DNA from: Planctomycetota bacterium
GTDB lineage: Bacteria; Planctomycetota; MHYJ01; WSZJ01
DNA length: 64,000 nucleotides
Assembly: GCA_038060895.1 (NCBI GenBank)
Contig: JBBTCT010000014.1
Span: forward strand, 1 to 64,000
Reading direction: 5' to 3'
The notes under the pieces are model-generated. The model was not told where the DNA came from, ran no database searches, and worked only from the letters and a program-made list of their open reading frames with translations. The number at the start of each line of letters is the position of its first letter. The first letter of the stretch is position 1. This document shows, in pieces, positions 10,101 through 17,948 of the stretch. The translations under genes were made by a program, and so were the position numbers.

Positions 10101-11353
10101 GGGCCGAGGCGCGCCTCGCCGGACCCGCGTACAAGCGGGTGGAGGGAGAGGCCGCGGTTCCCGAGGTCAGTTTCCCCGCGGAAAAAGCGTGGTCGTGGGC
10201 CGGGCAGCGCGGGTGGGACCTGAAGGTGCTGGACCCGGAGGGCGCCGGGGGGTGGAAGAGCGCGCCCATTCTTGCGGTTTCGGGGGCGACGCTGGTCGCG
10301 CTGGACCCCGCGAAGGGGACGGAGCGCTGGCGCGTCGCCTGCCCGAACGGAGCGCGCTGGGCGGCCTGGAGTGCGGGGCTGGTCGTGGTCGCAGGGCCGG
10401 ACGCGGCGGAGGCATTTCACGAGGACGGCTCGAGCGCGTGGCGGACGCAGTACGGCGGGGCGCATCTCTACGAAGGACACGAGACGGAGGGCGCGGTCTT
10501 CCTGGCACTTCGCAATGCGAGCCTGACCGCGTCGTTCGTGGTCGCGCTGGACGCCGCGACGGGGCAGACGTCCTGGCGCTCCGACATGCAGCCCGGGCAC
10601 ATCGTGCAGCGCCTCTGGGTGACCGACGAAGGAGTCGCCTGGCTCTCGCGCGCGGAGGACGCCGTCATCGTCGCCGACCGCGAATCCGGCGCGCTGCGCG
10701 CCCGCTGGCCCCTCGGCGCTTCCCGCGTCGTGCAGGCCGGCCCGGACCGCTTCCTCGCGCTGACCTGGGAAAACGAGCTGACGCTTCTCGAAGCTTCCAC
10801 CGGCCGCGCGCTGTGGCGCGCGCCGCAGCCCGGCATGCGCCTCGAGAGCGCGCTGACGATCGCGGGCGACACCGCGTTGACGACGATGACGTCCGAATCC
10901 GGGCAGCGCCTGCGCCTCTACGACCTGGATTCCGGGAAGCTCCGCCACGAAATCGAGCTCGGCTCGGTCTGGATCAAGCAGCTCCTCGCCGACGCTTCCA
11001 CGGTGTATGTCGCCTACAAAAAGGCCGACGGAACCAACGATTACATCGCCGCCGCGTACGAACTGTCCTCCGGGAAGGAGTTGTGGCGCACCCCCGTCCC
11101 CGGCGTGCAGAGCATGTTCCCGGGGACGCTGGCGAAGGGGCACGTCCTTCTGAACTGCCCGGTCACGCGCCGGCCGCCCGGGGGCGGAGCCGTGGACTGG
11201 GTTCCGACGATCGTTGCGATCGACAAGAAAACCGGGGTCGAATCCGGTAGGATTGAAGGGCGGCCCGAAGCGACGCCGACGTATTCGCTGTCGATCGCGC
11301 CGGGACGGGTCGTGATCGCGGAGGGGGACACGGTGGAGGCCTGGGGCCGATGA
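7133..11353 (+). CDS. Large secreted protein with PQQ/BamB-like beta-propeller repeats and TPRs
   Basis: Signal peptide; WPTFGGNGSR; repeated CLDANTGKEIW / ALDPAKGTERW / ALDAATGQTSW blades; central TPR-like helices (FLKEHPQS). Confidence 0.85.
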   Translation: MTIRTFHRAFLTLAALTAAALPLQAEDDDTRFPMNGAGVPDNRQAAEKFDRATTLFKAARWDEGSAKLYEMVELYGDRLVLFGAVGQYVSARRLAAKMARELPPEGLAAWRRQVDPRVGAALASASRPRDFRRILRDFPNATREPEVRLLLARALADEGDVEGEAEALWGLIEYPGDGAGRAGAAARLAIDLGALNDREGLDALEAKLGAAMSDPVRWRGKNAPLKDVFKAARALLRGTGDDAPAWAAWPTFGGNGSRDRIAAGVKGVPPVTARYNFTEGPGWSTQSRFGGSGGWTSRHPESLLVQPAIADGLIVVNEGHLVWAKELSSDGGRPLWTIKGLQQPSQIMYEERCLHGSTIAGGRAFFTLATTAGKEQVKMSWLVAVYPVPLRKLFCVEAQSGRRVWETGGDATGKDFATRASYHGAPVVDGDRLYCAATYGAAQVDPSEHWVVCLDANTGKEIWRTFVASGIPEINLFGNTTRESVPHALTVSGDRILACTNLGIVACLDRTDGGLLWERRYPRFKVQPIMDAYDIPRNPVTWLQSPIYHVKDPSDGKQKVVVAPMDSPFLFCLSAEDGEMHWQWPKPANLRENDPDCRYIIGVREGVIYLSGESVVAIELKGYKRVWPDRLELDSPPSGRGLVASDGVYIPLRTGLLRLGFRDPSVGKQFWRWPTAGMAGHVMFVDQAVVTAGNSMLTVCYDPAKAKAFLEAEILKNPGSAYLRYRLAICLQAMGDTERAEATLKQALDLAEKRGDEASMAVAESCRRTLFRSRLTAAAAMLRKSDGARRAAEEYEKARPYASTEGEWLELLFASAQARRAAGDLAGAVAVLQEVIAKHGDQTRDGGDVARLDARRSIDAILASGREPYAAAEQEAAGLLARARKDNDPALFEDLLKRFPNSLAAEDASYGAGHARFAASDWPGACDALQKFLKEHPQSGQAAQAMAELAVAFEKRAMWGMAGAQLRRMKKSSGEAQIRIDGGAVSASKWAEARLAGPAYKRVEGEAAVPEVSFPAEKAWSWAGQRGWDLKVLDPEGAGGWKSAPILAVSGATLVALDPAKGTERWRVACPNGARWAAWSAGLVVVAGPDAAEAFHEDGSSAWRTQYGGAHLYEGHETEGAVFLALRNASLTASFVVALDAATGQTSWRSDMQPGHIVQRLWVTDEGVAWLSRAEDAVIVADRESGALRARWPLGASRVVQAGPDRFLALTWENELTLLEASTGRALWRAPQPGMRLESALTIAGDTALTTMTSESGQRLRLYDLDSGKLRHEIELGSVWIKQLLADASTVYVAYKKADGTNDYIAAAYELSSGKELWRTPVPGVQSMFPGTLAKGHVLLNCPVTRRPPGGGAVDWVPTIVAIDKKTGVESGRIEGRPEATPTYSLSIAPGRVVIAEGDTVEAWGR

Positions 11354-12411
11354 AGGGAACATTCGTCCTGTCCGCGCTCGTCCTTGCGGCCGCGCTCGCG
11401 GTTCCGGGGCCGACGCGCGCCGACGACCACGTGCCCGACGACCTGTTCACTCCCGATGTCCAGCGCTCCGTCGACCGCGGCCTCGAATGGCTCGCTTCAC
11501 GCCAGAACGAGAACGGCTCCTGGTCGTGCGTCGTGGGCTACAAGCTCAATGAGCGCTACGAGAGCGACACCGACACGAAGTCGGCCGACCATGTCTGCAT
11601 CACGGCGCTCGCGGGGATGGCGTTTCTCGCGCACGGCGACGTCCCGGGGCAGGGCCGTTACGGCCAGGTGATCGAGAAGGCGCTCGACTACGTGCTCTCG
11701 TGCGTCCGCGACAGCGACGGCTACGTCTCGAAAAACGGAACGCGCATGTACGAGCACGCGTTCTCGACGATGTTCCTCGCGGAAATCTACGGCATGAGCC
11801 GCCGGCAGGACGTCGGCGAAAAGCTGCGTGCCGCCGTCCGCTGCATCCTGAATTCCCAGAACCGCGAGGGCGGCTGGCGCTACCAGCCCACCCCCGTCGA
11901 TGCCGACATCTCCGTCACCGTTTCCACCCTCCAGGCCCTCCGCGCCGCCCGCAACGTCGGCGTTTCCGTCCCGAAAACATCCATCGACCAGGCCGTCAAG
12001 TACATCAAGGGCTGCGTCAACGACGACGGTTCCTTCAACTACCAGATCAACCGCGGCATGACCCGCTCCACCTTCCCCCTCACCGCCTGCGGCATCGTCG
12101 CCCTCCACTCCGCCGGCGAATACACCGAACGCCAGGCCGACCGCGCCATCCGCTGGCTCCAGCGCAACAAGGCCTCCATGAACCTCGATGAGTATCACTT
12201 CATGTACGGCCACTACTACGCCGTCCAGGCCTTTTACGTCACCGGCGGCCGCGCCTTCGAGGACTACTACCAGGAGATCTCCCGCCGCCTCATGCAGGCG
12301 CAGGAGTCCGACGGCCACTGGCACGACAACGTCGGCGACACGTACGCCACCGCGATGGCTTGCGTGATCATGCAGGTGCCGTGTCATTACCTGCCGATCT
12401 TTCAAAAGTAA
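11350..12411 (+). CDS. Prenyltransferase/squalene-oxidase repeat (QW-repeat) secreted protein
   Basis: GLEWLASRQNENGSW, MYEHAFSTMFLAE, QNREGGWRY, QESDGHW, YATAMA; ATGA overlap with upstream gene. Confidence 0.88.
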   Translation: MKGTFVLSALVLAAALAVPGPTRADDHVPDDLFTPDVQRSVDRGLEWLASRQNENGSWSCVVGYKLNERYESDTDTKSADHVCITALAGMAFLAHGDVPGQGRYGQVIEKALDYVLSCVRDSDGYVSKNGTRMYEHAFSTMFLAEIYGMSRRQDVGEKLRAAVRCILNSQNREGGWRYQPTPVDADISVTVSTLQALRAARNVGVSVPKTSIDQAVKYIKGCVNDDGSFNYQINRGMTRSTFPLTACGIVALHSAGEYTERQADRAIRWLQRNKASMNLDEYHFMYGHYYAVQAFYVTGGRAFEDYYQEISRRLMQAQESDGHWHDNVGDTYATAMACVIMQVPCHYLPIFQK

Positions 12412-12412
12412 T

Positions 12413-12447
12413 GCGGGCAGGCGGGCGAGCGGGCGAGCGGGCAGGCG
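12413..12447. repeat. Octamer tandem repeat (GCGGGCRR x4)
   Basis: gcgggcag gcgggcga gcgggcga gcgggcag. Confidence 0.6.
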
Positions 12448-12454
12448 ACAACAC

Positions 12455-13255
12455 TTGAACCACGGTCCTTCTCCCGAACGCTATTACGACCGCATTGCAC
12501 ATCGCTACGACTCGATGTACGACACGCCTTACTGGGACCTCTACCGCCGCGTGTCGTGGGAACACCTCAAACCCATCCTCCCCCGCGAGCGCTCCCGCAT
12601 CCTCGACATCGGCGGCGGCACCGGAATCTGGGCCGTGAAACTCGCCAAGGCCGGACACGACGTCGTCTGCGCCGACCTTTCCCACAAGATGGTCGATGTC
12701 GCACGGGCAAAGGCCGAAGAAGACGGGCTTGCGGATCGCGTCACGTGCGTCCGAAGCGACCTGCAGGATCTCAAGGAATTCGGGGAAGCGGAGTTCGCGA
12801 TGGCGTGGGCGCAGGGCGACCCGCTGTCGTACGTCCCGGACCCGGTGCTTGCCGTCAAGAACGTCGCGCGCGTCCTCAAGCCCGGCGGGCTCTTCGTCGC
12901 CTCCGTCGATTCGAGATTCGCCGCCATCGATCACTTCCTCGAGCGCGGCCGCGTCGAAGACCTTGAGAAATTCCTCAAGACCGGCAAGGACGAGTGGCTC
13001 GCGGATCGTGCGGAAGAGCGCTTCCCGGTGACGTTCTTCTCCCCCGACGACTTGCGCAAGCTGCTCGAGCGGCGCGGGTTCGAGGTCGTTTCGATGATCG
13101 GCAAGACCGTGCTGCCGTTGAGGCGGCACGAAAAGCTGCTCGAGGACCCGAAGGAATTTCGGCGACTGTTCGAACTTGAGCTGTCGCTGAACCGGGAACC
13201 GGCGCTCCTGGGCGGAGCGGCGCACCTGGAGGTGGCGGCACGGAAGAAGACGTAA
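12455..13255 (+). CDS. Class I SAM-dependent methyltransferase
   Basis: ILDIGGGTG, ADLS, RVLKPGG; TTG start uncertain. Confidence 0.88.
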   Translation: MNHGPSPERYYDRIAHRYDSMYDTPYWDLYRRVSWEHLKPILPRERSRILDIGGGTGIWAVKLAKAGHDVVCADLSHKMVDVARAKAEEDGLADRVTCVRSDLQDLKEFGEAEFAMAWAQGDPLSYVPDPVLAVKNVARVLKPGGLFVASVDSRFAAIDHFLERGRVEDLEKFLKTGKDEWLADRAEERFPVTFFSPDDLRKLLERRGFEVVSMIGKTVLPLRRHEKLLEDPKEFRRLFELELSLNREPALLGGAAHLEVAARKKT

Positions 13256-13308
13256 GAGCGGAGGCGCCCTTGTGCCGCTCATTCCGCACCGCTACTATCG
13301 ACCCCCCC

Positions 13309-14007
13309 ATGCACGACCACTTCCATGACCACGACTGCCAGCACGGACCCCACCCGGTCTGGAACGAACTCACGGCACACCTTCCCTTCTCCGTCGGCGC
13401 CGTCGTCGTCGCCCTGAGCTCGCTCTTCGTCGTCACCCAGCTGTTCAAGGTCGGCGGCCACGAAGAAATGGAGCGCTTCTTCCACCTCAGCCACGCCATC
13501 CACGTCCTCCTCGCCGCGACCGGCACCACCGCCATGTACCTCATCTACGGCGGCAAACGCCTCCCCGCCCTCGCCATCGGCTTCCTCGGGTCCGCGCCGA
13601 TCTGCACTCTCGCCGACATCCTTTTCCCGTGGCTCGGCGGCCTCCTCCTCGGTCAGAAAATGGAGTTCCACGTCTGCGCCATCGAAGAGCCCTTCCTGAT
13701 CGCCCCCTGCGTCGCACTCGGCGTCGCCACCGGGACGTTCGCGGCCGCGCACGTGCGGCGCCTCACGATCTACTCCCACAGCGGCCACGTCCTCGTCAGC
13801 GCGTTCGCTTCCTCCCTCTACCTCATGTCCTTCGGCGTCGAAAACTGGACCGCCAATTTCGGATGGGTCCTCCTCATCGTCACCGTCGCCGTCGTTGTCC
13901 CCTGCTGCGCTTCGGACATCATCCTGCCGCTCCTGTTTGCGAAGCGGCGGCGGCGCGTGCACCCGGAAGTGGAAGAAGAGACGGACGTCCTGAAGCGCCG
14001 ACATTGA
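13309..14007 (+). CDS. His/Cys-rich integral membrane protein of unknown function
   Basis: HDHFHDHDCQH N-terminus; about 6-7 hydrophobic segments; FHLSHAIH, HSGH, VVPCCASD. Confidence 0.75.
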   Translation: MHDHFHDHDCQHGPHPVWNELTAHLPFSVGAVVVALSSLFVVTQLFKVGGHEEMERFFHLSHAIHVLLAATGTTAMYLIYGGKRLPALAIGFLGSAPICTLADILFPWLGGLLLGQKMEFHVCAIEEPFLIAPCVALGVATGTFAAAHVRRLTIYSHSGHVLVSAFASSLYLMSFGVENWTANFGWVLLIVTVAVVVPCCASDIILPLLFAKRRRRVHPEVEEETDVLKRRH

Positions 14008-14068
14008 AATCGCGCAACCGGGAGTGCCTTTGAGGGTTTTGAAGAGACACCCCAGCCGGAGTCTGCCG

Positions 14069-14986
14069 ATGCGTCGCCACCTGCCCATCCTGCTCACCCT
14101 CGTTTTCGCGCTTTCGGCCGCCGCCCAGGGCCGGGTTCCCGAGGATGTGGAGGTGAAGCGCGATGTGGAGTACGGGGTTGCGAAGGACGTTTCCCTTAGG
14201 CTGGACGTGTACAAGCCGAAGACGCCTCCGCAGGGGCTGATGCCCGCGGTGGTCTGGATCCACGGCGGCGGGTGGCGGGGCGGGGACAAGAACAATGCCT
14301 CCAATGCGATCGCGGCCGCGAAGCGCGGGTTTTTCGCGGTGAGCATCAACTACCGGCTGTCCGGGCAGGCGGTCTTCCCGGCGGCGATCGAGGATTGCAA
14401 GGGCGCGATCCGGTGGGTCCGGGCCAATGCGAAGGAACACGGGGTCGATCCGGACCGGATCGGCGTCTGGGGGAGTTCGGCCGGGGGGCATCTGGCGCTT
14501 CTGGCCGGCTGTGCGGACGAATCGGCGGGGCTGGAAGGGAAGAGCGGGTACGCGAAGGTCTCGAGCCGCGTGCAGGCGGTGTGTTCGTGGTTCGGGCCGG
14601 CGGACTTTACGATTGTGGGGTCGGTCTCGCGTGACCCCGTGGCGCTCTTTCTTGGGGGAACGAAGGCGGAGAAAGAGGAAGCGTACAAGCTGGCGAGTCC
14701 GGTGACGCATGCGTCGAAGGACGACCCGCCGGTACTGATGATCCACGGGGACCAGGATACGACGGTGAAGGTGGAGCAATCGGAGGTGATGCTGAAGGCG
14801 CTGAAGGGTGTCGGCGCTCCGGCCGAGCTGGTGGTGGTGAAGGGTGCGGGGCATGGGTGGAAGGCCGAAGGGAAGTCGTTCGAGCCCGGTGCGGCGGAGA
14901 TTCTGGAGATGTCGCTGAAGTTCCTGGAGGAGAAACTGGCTGCAAAGGAGCTTCAGCCCGGCAACGAGGAACCTGCAAAGAAGTAG
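14069..14986 (+). CDS. Secreted alpha/beta hydrolase (HSL-type esterase/lipase)
   Basis: Signal peptide, IHGGGW, GSSAGG nucleophile elbow, HGDQD, GAGH. Confidence 0.92.
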   Translation: MRRHLPILLTLVFALSAAAQGRVPEDVEVKRDVEYGVAKDVSLRLDVYKPKTPPQGLMPAVVWIHGGGWRGGDKNNASNAIAAAKRGFFAVSINYRLSGQAVFPAAIEDCKGAIRWVRANAKEHGVDPDRIGVWGSSAGGHLALLAGCADESAGLEGKSGYAKVSSRVQAVCSWFGPADFTIVGSVSRDPVALFLGGTKAEKEEAYKLASPVTHASKDDPPVLMIHGDQDTTVKVEQSEVMLKALKGVGAPAELVVVKGAGHGWKAEGKSFEPGAAEILEMSLKFLEEKLAAKELQPGNEEPAKK

Positions 14987-15014
14987 ACATCGATGCAAAG
15001 GGGCTGTGTCTTAA

Positions 15015-15132
15015 CTTGACATGATGTCAAGCCACTGCGCACGCCCGAGCAAAGGAACTTGGCAGGCATATTCCATAACTATTGGATACATATGATGTTA
15101 CAGAATTCTTACAAGGCGGCACGGTTCTCGCT
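15015..15132 (+). promoter_or_regulatory. Putative sigma54 promoter with upstream palindrome and IHF-like site
   Basis: cGGCACGgttcTCGCt at 15117-15132 (GG-N10-GC); palindrome CTTGACAtgaTGTCAAG at 15015-15031; minus-strand TATCCAATAGTTA at 15076-15088 is one mismatch from the IHF consensus. Confidence 0.6.
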
Positions 15133-15173
15133 TTAGCTCCTTGTCCCTAACAGCCCTCTCAAAGGAGACCTGC

Positions 15174-16190
15174 ATGCGCCTCGTGACTTCTTTCGCCCTT
15201 GCCGCCGCACTGCTGAGCGTTCCCGCCTACGCCGGCGACGGCCCCTGGCAGTTCAAGCCCGGCACCACCTTCACGTGGGAGTGCAACACCGAATTCCACT
15301 ACCTCCAGCAGGGCCTGACACGGGCCATGGGAGGCAACGGCCGGGAAACCACGAACGGCGTCACCACAGAGGATCCGCAGTGGGAAACCATCACCCTGAA
15401 GGCCACCGTCCTCGCCGTCGGCGATGACGGCGCAGGCCGCATCGAATTCGAAGTCGCCGCTATCCGCATCAAGACTCGCTTCGAGTCCAGCGGCGTGGAC
15501 GCCGAATGGGATTCGACGAAGAACAAAGAGACCGACATCCTCGGCTTCAAGCGGTATCAGGCCATCCTCGGCCACAAGGTCACCGCGATCGTGAACACCG
15601 ACGGCTCCTTCCGCGATCTCAAAGGAACCGAATGGCCGACGCTCAACACGGCCGGCATGAAGCCCCTGAAGAAGAACGAGCGTGAGGAAGTCGCCGCCGG
15701 CGCCACGCACGACCCGACCGACGTCCATGTGTGGCTCAACCTGATCTTCGGCACCACGCCCATGGGCAAAGCCGAGTACGAAAAGACGCTTCAGCTTCCT
15801 GAGGACGAGAAGCTCTCCTGGAAGTCCGACAACACCGAGCAGGTCGGCGCTTACCTCTGCTCGAAGGCCAAAGTGAAGAGCACCGACAAGGAGCGCGCGG
15901 TGAAGCCCGAGGACGTCATCATCAAGGGCGGCTCGGGTGGCGGCGGGGTCGGCGACTACGCGATCGCGCTCTGCAAGGCGGCGCAAAAGAAGGGGACCGT
16001 CTGGTACTCGAAGAAAGAGGGCTGCCTGGTAAAGGTCGAGATGGAAGGCGCGACCGAGCTGGCCGCCGCAGGATCCGTCACCCGGACGCATTTCAAGTGG
16101 GGCGTCGAGCTCAAGGAAAAGGGCTCGATTCAGCTCACGCCGGGCGCGGGAAACACGCCGAGCAATCCGGAGCCGACGCCGACGAAGTAA
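15174..16190 (+). CDS. Hypothetical secreted protein
   Basis: RBS AAAGGAG, signal peptide (PAYA|GD), strong GC3 codon bias; no family recognised. Confidence 0.8.
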   Translation: MRLVTSFALAAALLSVPAYAGDGPWQFKPGTTFTWECNTEFHYLQQGLTRAMGGNGRETTNGVTTEDPQWETITLKATVLAVGDDGAGRIEFEVAAIRIKTRFESSGVDAEWDSTKNKETDILGFKRYQAILGHKVTAIVNTDGSFRDLKGTEWPTLNTAGMKPLKKNEREEVAAGATHDPTDVHVWLNLIFGTTPMGKAEYEKTLQLPEDEKLSWKSDNTEQVGAYLCSKAKVKSTDKERAVKPEDVIIKGGSGGGGVGDYAIALCKAAQKKGTVWYSKKEGCLVKVEMEGATELAAAGSVTRTHFKWGVELKEKGSIQLTPGAGNTPSNPEPTPTK

Positions 16191-16211
16191 GCGGCGTCGA
16201 GGGTTTGTGGG

Positions 16212-16245
16212 ACCCGGGGAGTGTGAGGACTCCCCGGGTTTTTTT
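16212..16245 (+). terminator. Intrinsic terminator
   Basis: ACCCGGGGAGT-gtgagg-ACTCCCCGGGT followed by a T run. Confidence 0.85.
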
Positions 16246-16330
16246 GTGTCTGCATTTCGGGCCTGCGGGGCGGCGCACCTTGCGCGCCGCGCCCGCAGGC
16301 CCGAAATGCAGACACAAAAAAACCCGGGGA
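16231..16330. repeat. Long inverted repeat (39-bp perfect arms)
   Basis: 16231-16269 is the exact reverse complement of 16292-16330; inner gcggcgc/gcgccgc also pairs. Confidence 0.9.
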
Positions 16331-16459
16331 TTGACGGCCACGATCCGGGTGCATACTGCGGGCCGAGACAGCCTCCGCAGGGATGCGCTGAGGTTAAGAA
16401 GAATCCGGCACGTCAGGCCGACTTCCTCACCGCCGGCGAGGTCTGCTCACGCCGTTTTG

Positions 16460-16583
16460 CAGAGCGCGTGGAATAAGCGAGCGACGGCGCGTGATTGGGA
16501 CTCGCGCCCCGCCGTCGTGCCTTTCCGACGGCGGGATGCGAGTCCCGATCACGCGATGGCGCTCGCTTGTTCCGCGCGCTCTG
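16460..16583. repeat. Long imperfect inverted repeat (about 57-bp arms)
   Basis: agagcgcgtggaataagcgagcg...cccgccgtcg / cgacggcggg...cgctcgcttgttccgcgcgctct. Confidence 0.85.
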
Positions 16584-16637
16584 GGCCCCTCTTTTTGTGA
16601 TTTCCGGCGCTTCCCCCCTATACAATCGCCCGTTCAC

Positions 16638-17624
16638 ATGGATTTCCTCGCCTTCGATAAGCAGCCCGGCGCCCTGCGCCCCTCCTACGTCCTCGCGGGC
16701 GACCAGGCGGCGTTCCGGCGGCGCGCGGCGGAGAAAATTGCCGCGCTGGCGCCTGACGCAGATGTGCTGCGCCTCGATGCGGCGGAAGCGTCCGTCGGCC
16801 GGGTTTCAGAAGAGCTGCACACGCGGTCGTTTTTCTCCAAGCGCAAAGTGGTTCTCGTCCGCGGCGCCGAGGCGTATTTCCCCCGACCGAACGCCAAGGG
16901 CGCCGAGAAGCTGGATGCCCTGGCAGAACTCGTCGCAGCCCACAAGGGGCCCGACGTCCTCATCCTCGACAGCGGAAAGTGGGACAAGCGCTACCGCGGC
17001 TCGAAAGCGATCGAAAAGGCGGCGGAATTCGTCGATTGCGCGGCGCTTCCCGACCGCGACGTGCCGAAGTGGTTCGAGCGGCGAGCGAAAGACCTCGGGA
17101 CATCGTTTGCGGGGGGCGCCGCCGACGAACTTTTCGCCCGCATCGGGAACGACCTGTCCCGCGGCGAGTCGGAACTCGAGAAGCTGCGGACGTACGCCGC
17201 CGGACGTCCCATCACGGTCGAGGACGTCCGAACGATGGTCGAACTCGAGCGTTCGTACGTCATCTGGGACCTCCTCGACGCCGTCGCCGTCGGAGATACC
17301 CGGACGGCCCTGAAAATGCTCCGCGGTCACTTCCGCGACGGCGAAAAACTCGTCGCACTCGTCGCCATGCTCCTCTGGAACGTGCGGCGGTTGGCGCAGG
17401 GGTACCGCGCTTACCGCAAAGGCGGCGCTTCTGAAATCCGCGCCCGCATCCGCATGCCCTGGGACAAGGTCGACGGGTTCGTCAAGCTGGCCTCTTCGTG
17501 GACCCCGGCCAAGTCGCGGGCGTGGTTGCGGTTGCTGCTGGAAGCGGACCTCGACGCGAAGTCGGGCGGCGAAGAAGAGCTGACGGGGGAAGTGCTGGTC
17601 TTGAAGCTGTCGCGGGCGTCGTAG
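16638..17624 (+). CDS. holA: DNA polymerase III subunit delta
   Basis: YVLAGDQ, SFFSKRKVVLV, IGNDL...ELEKL, IWDLLDAV, LLEADLDAKSG pattern; 328 aa. Confidence 0.85.
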   Translation: MDFLAFDKQPGALRPSYVLAGDQAAFRRRAAEKIAALAPDADVLRLDAAEASVGRVSEELHTRSFFSKRKVVLVRGAEAYFPRPNAKGAEKLDALAELVAAHKGPDVLILDSGKWDKRYRGSKAIEKAAEFVDCAALPDRDVPKWFERRAKDLGTSFAGGAADELFARIGNDLSRGESELEKLRTYAAGRPITVEDVRTMVELERSYVIWDLLDAVAVGDTRTALKMLRGHFRDGEKLVALVAMLLWNVRRLAQGYRAYRKGGASEIRARIRMPWDKVDGFVKLASSWTPAKSRAWLRLLLEADLDAKSGGEEELTGEVLVLKLSRAS

Positions 17625-17663
17625 GCGGTCGAGAAGTCAACCCGGGAAATTCAGGAGGCGGCC

Positions 17664-17873
17664 ATGGTGGTGTTCTGCGTCAGATGCGACACTTCGCTCC
17701 CGTTGGCGGACGTGACGATCAAGAGCGGCAAGGAGTACACGAGTCCTGATTACCTGTGCCCGATGTGCCACATGCCTGCGGCGGAGCCGGTGGCTGACGA
17801 GGCGGAGGACGAGTTGGGCGTGGACGAGAATAACGACCTGATCGTGAAAGACGGAAAGGCCGCGCGGCCCTGA
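17664..17873 (+). CDS. Small zinc-ribbon protein
   Basis: RBS AGGAGG; CVRC...CPMC; acidic tail. Confidence 0.7.
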   Translation: MVVFCVRCDTSLPLADVTIKSGKEYTSPDYLCPMCHMPAAEPVADEAEDELGVDENNDLIVKDGKAARP

Positions 17874-17948
17874 TCCGGGCCCGCGTGATCGTGCCAGGCA
17901 GGAAGGGAAATTCAAACGTTCGTGCAGAAACACCCAGGAGACATCGAC

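Noticed and set aside
11350-12411. Squalene-hopene cyclase
   Set aside because: Too short (353 aa), has a signal peptide and lacks DXDD; only the QW-type repeats are shared.
15060-15075. Second sigma54-like motif TGGCAGGCATATTCC
   Set aside because: Lacks the -12 GC dinucleotide.
16207-16476. 89-aa ORF or tmRNA-like tag (AEVKKNPARQ...)
   Set aside because: Runs through a terminator and inverted repeat; no tRNA-like ends and no Ala-Ala C-terminal tag.
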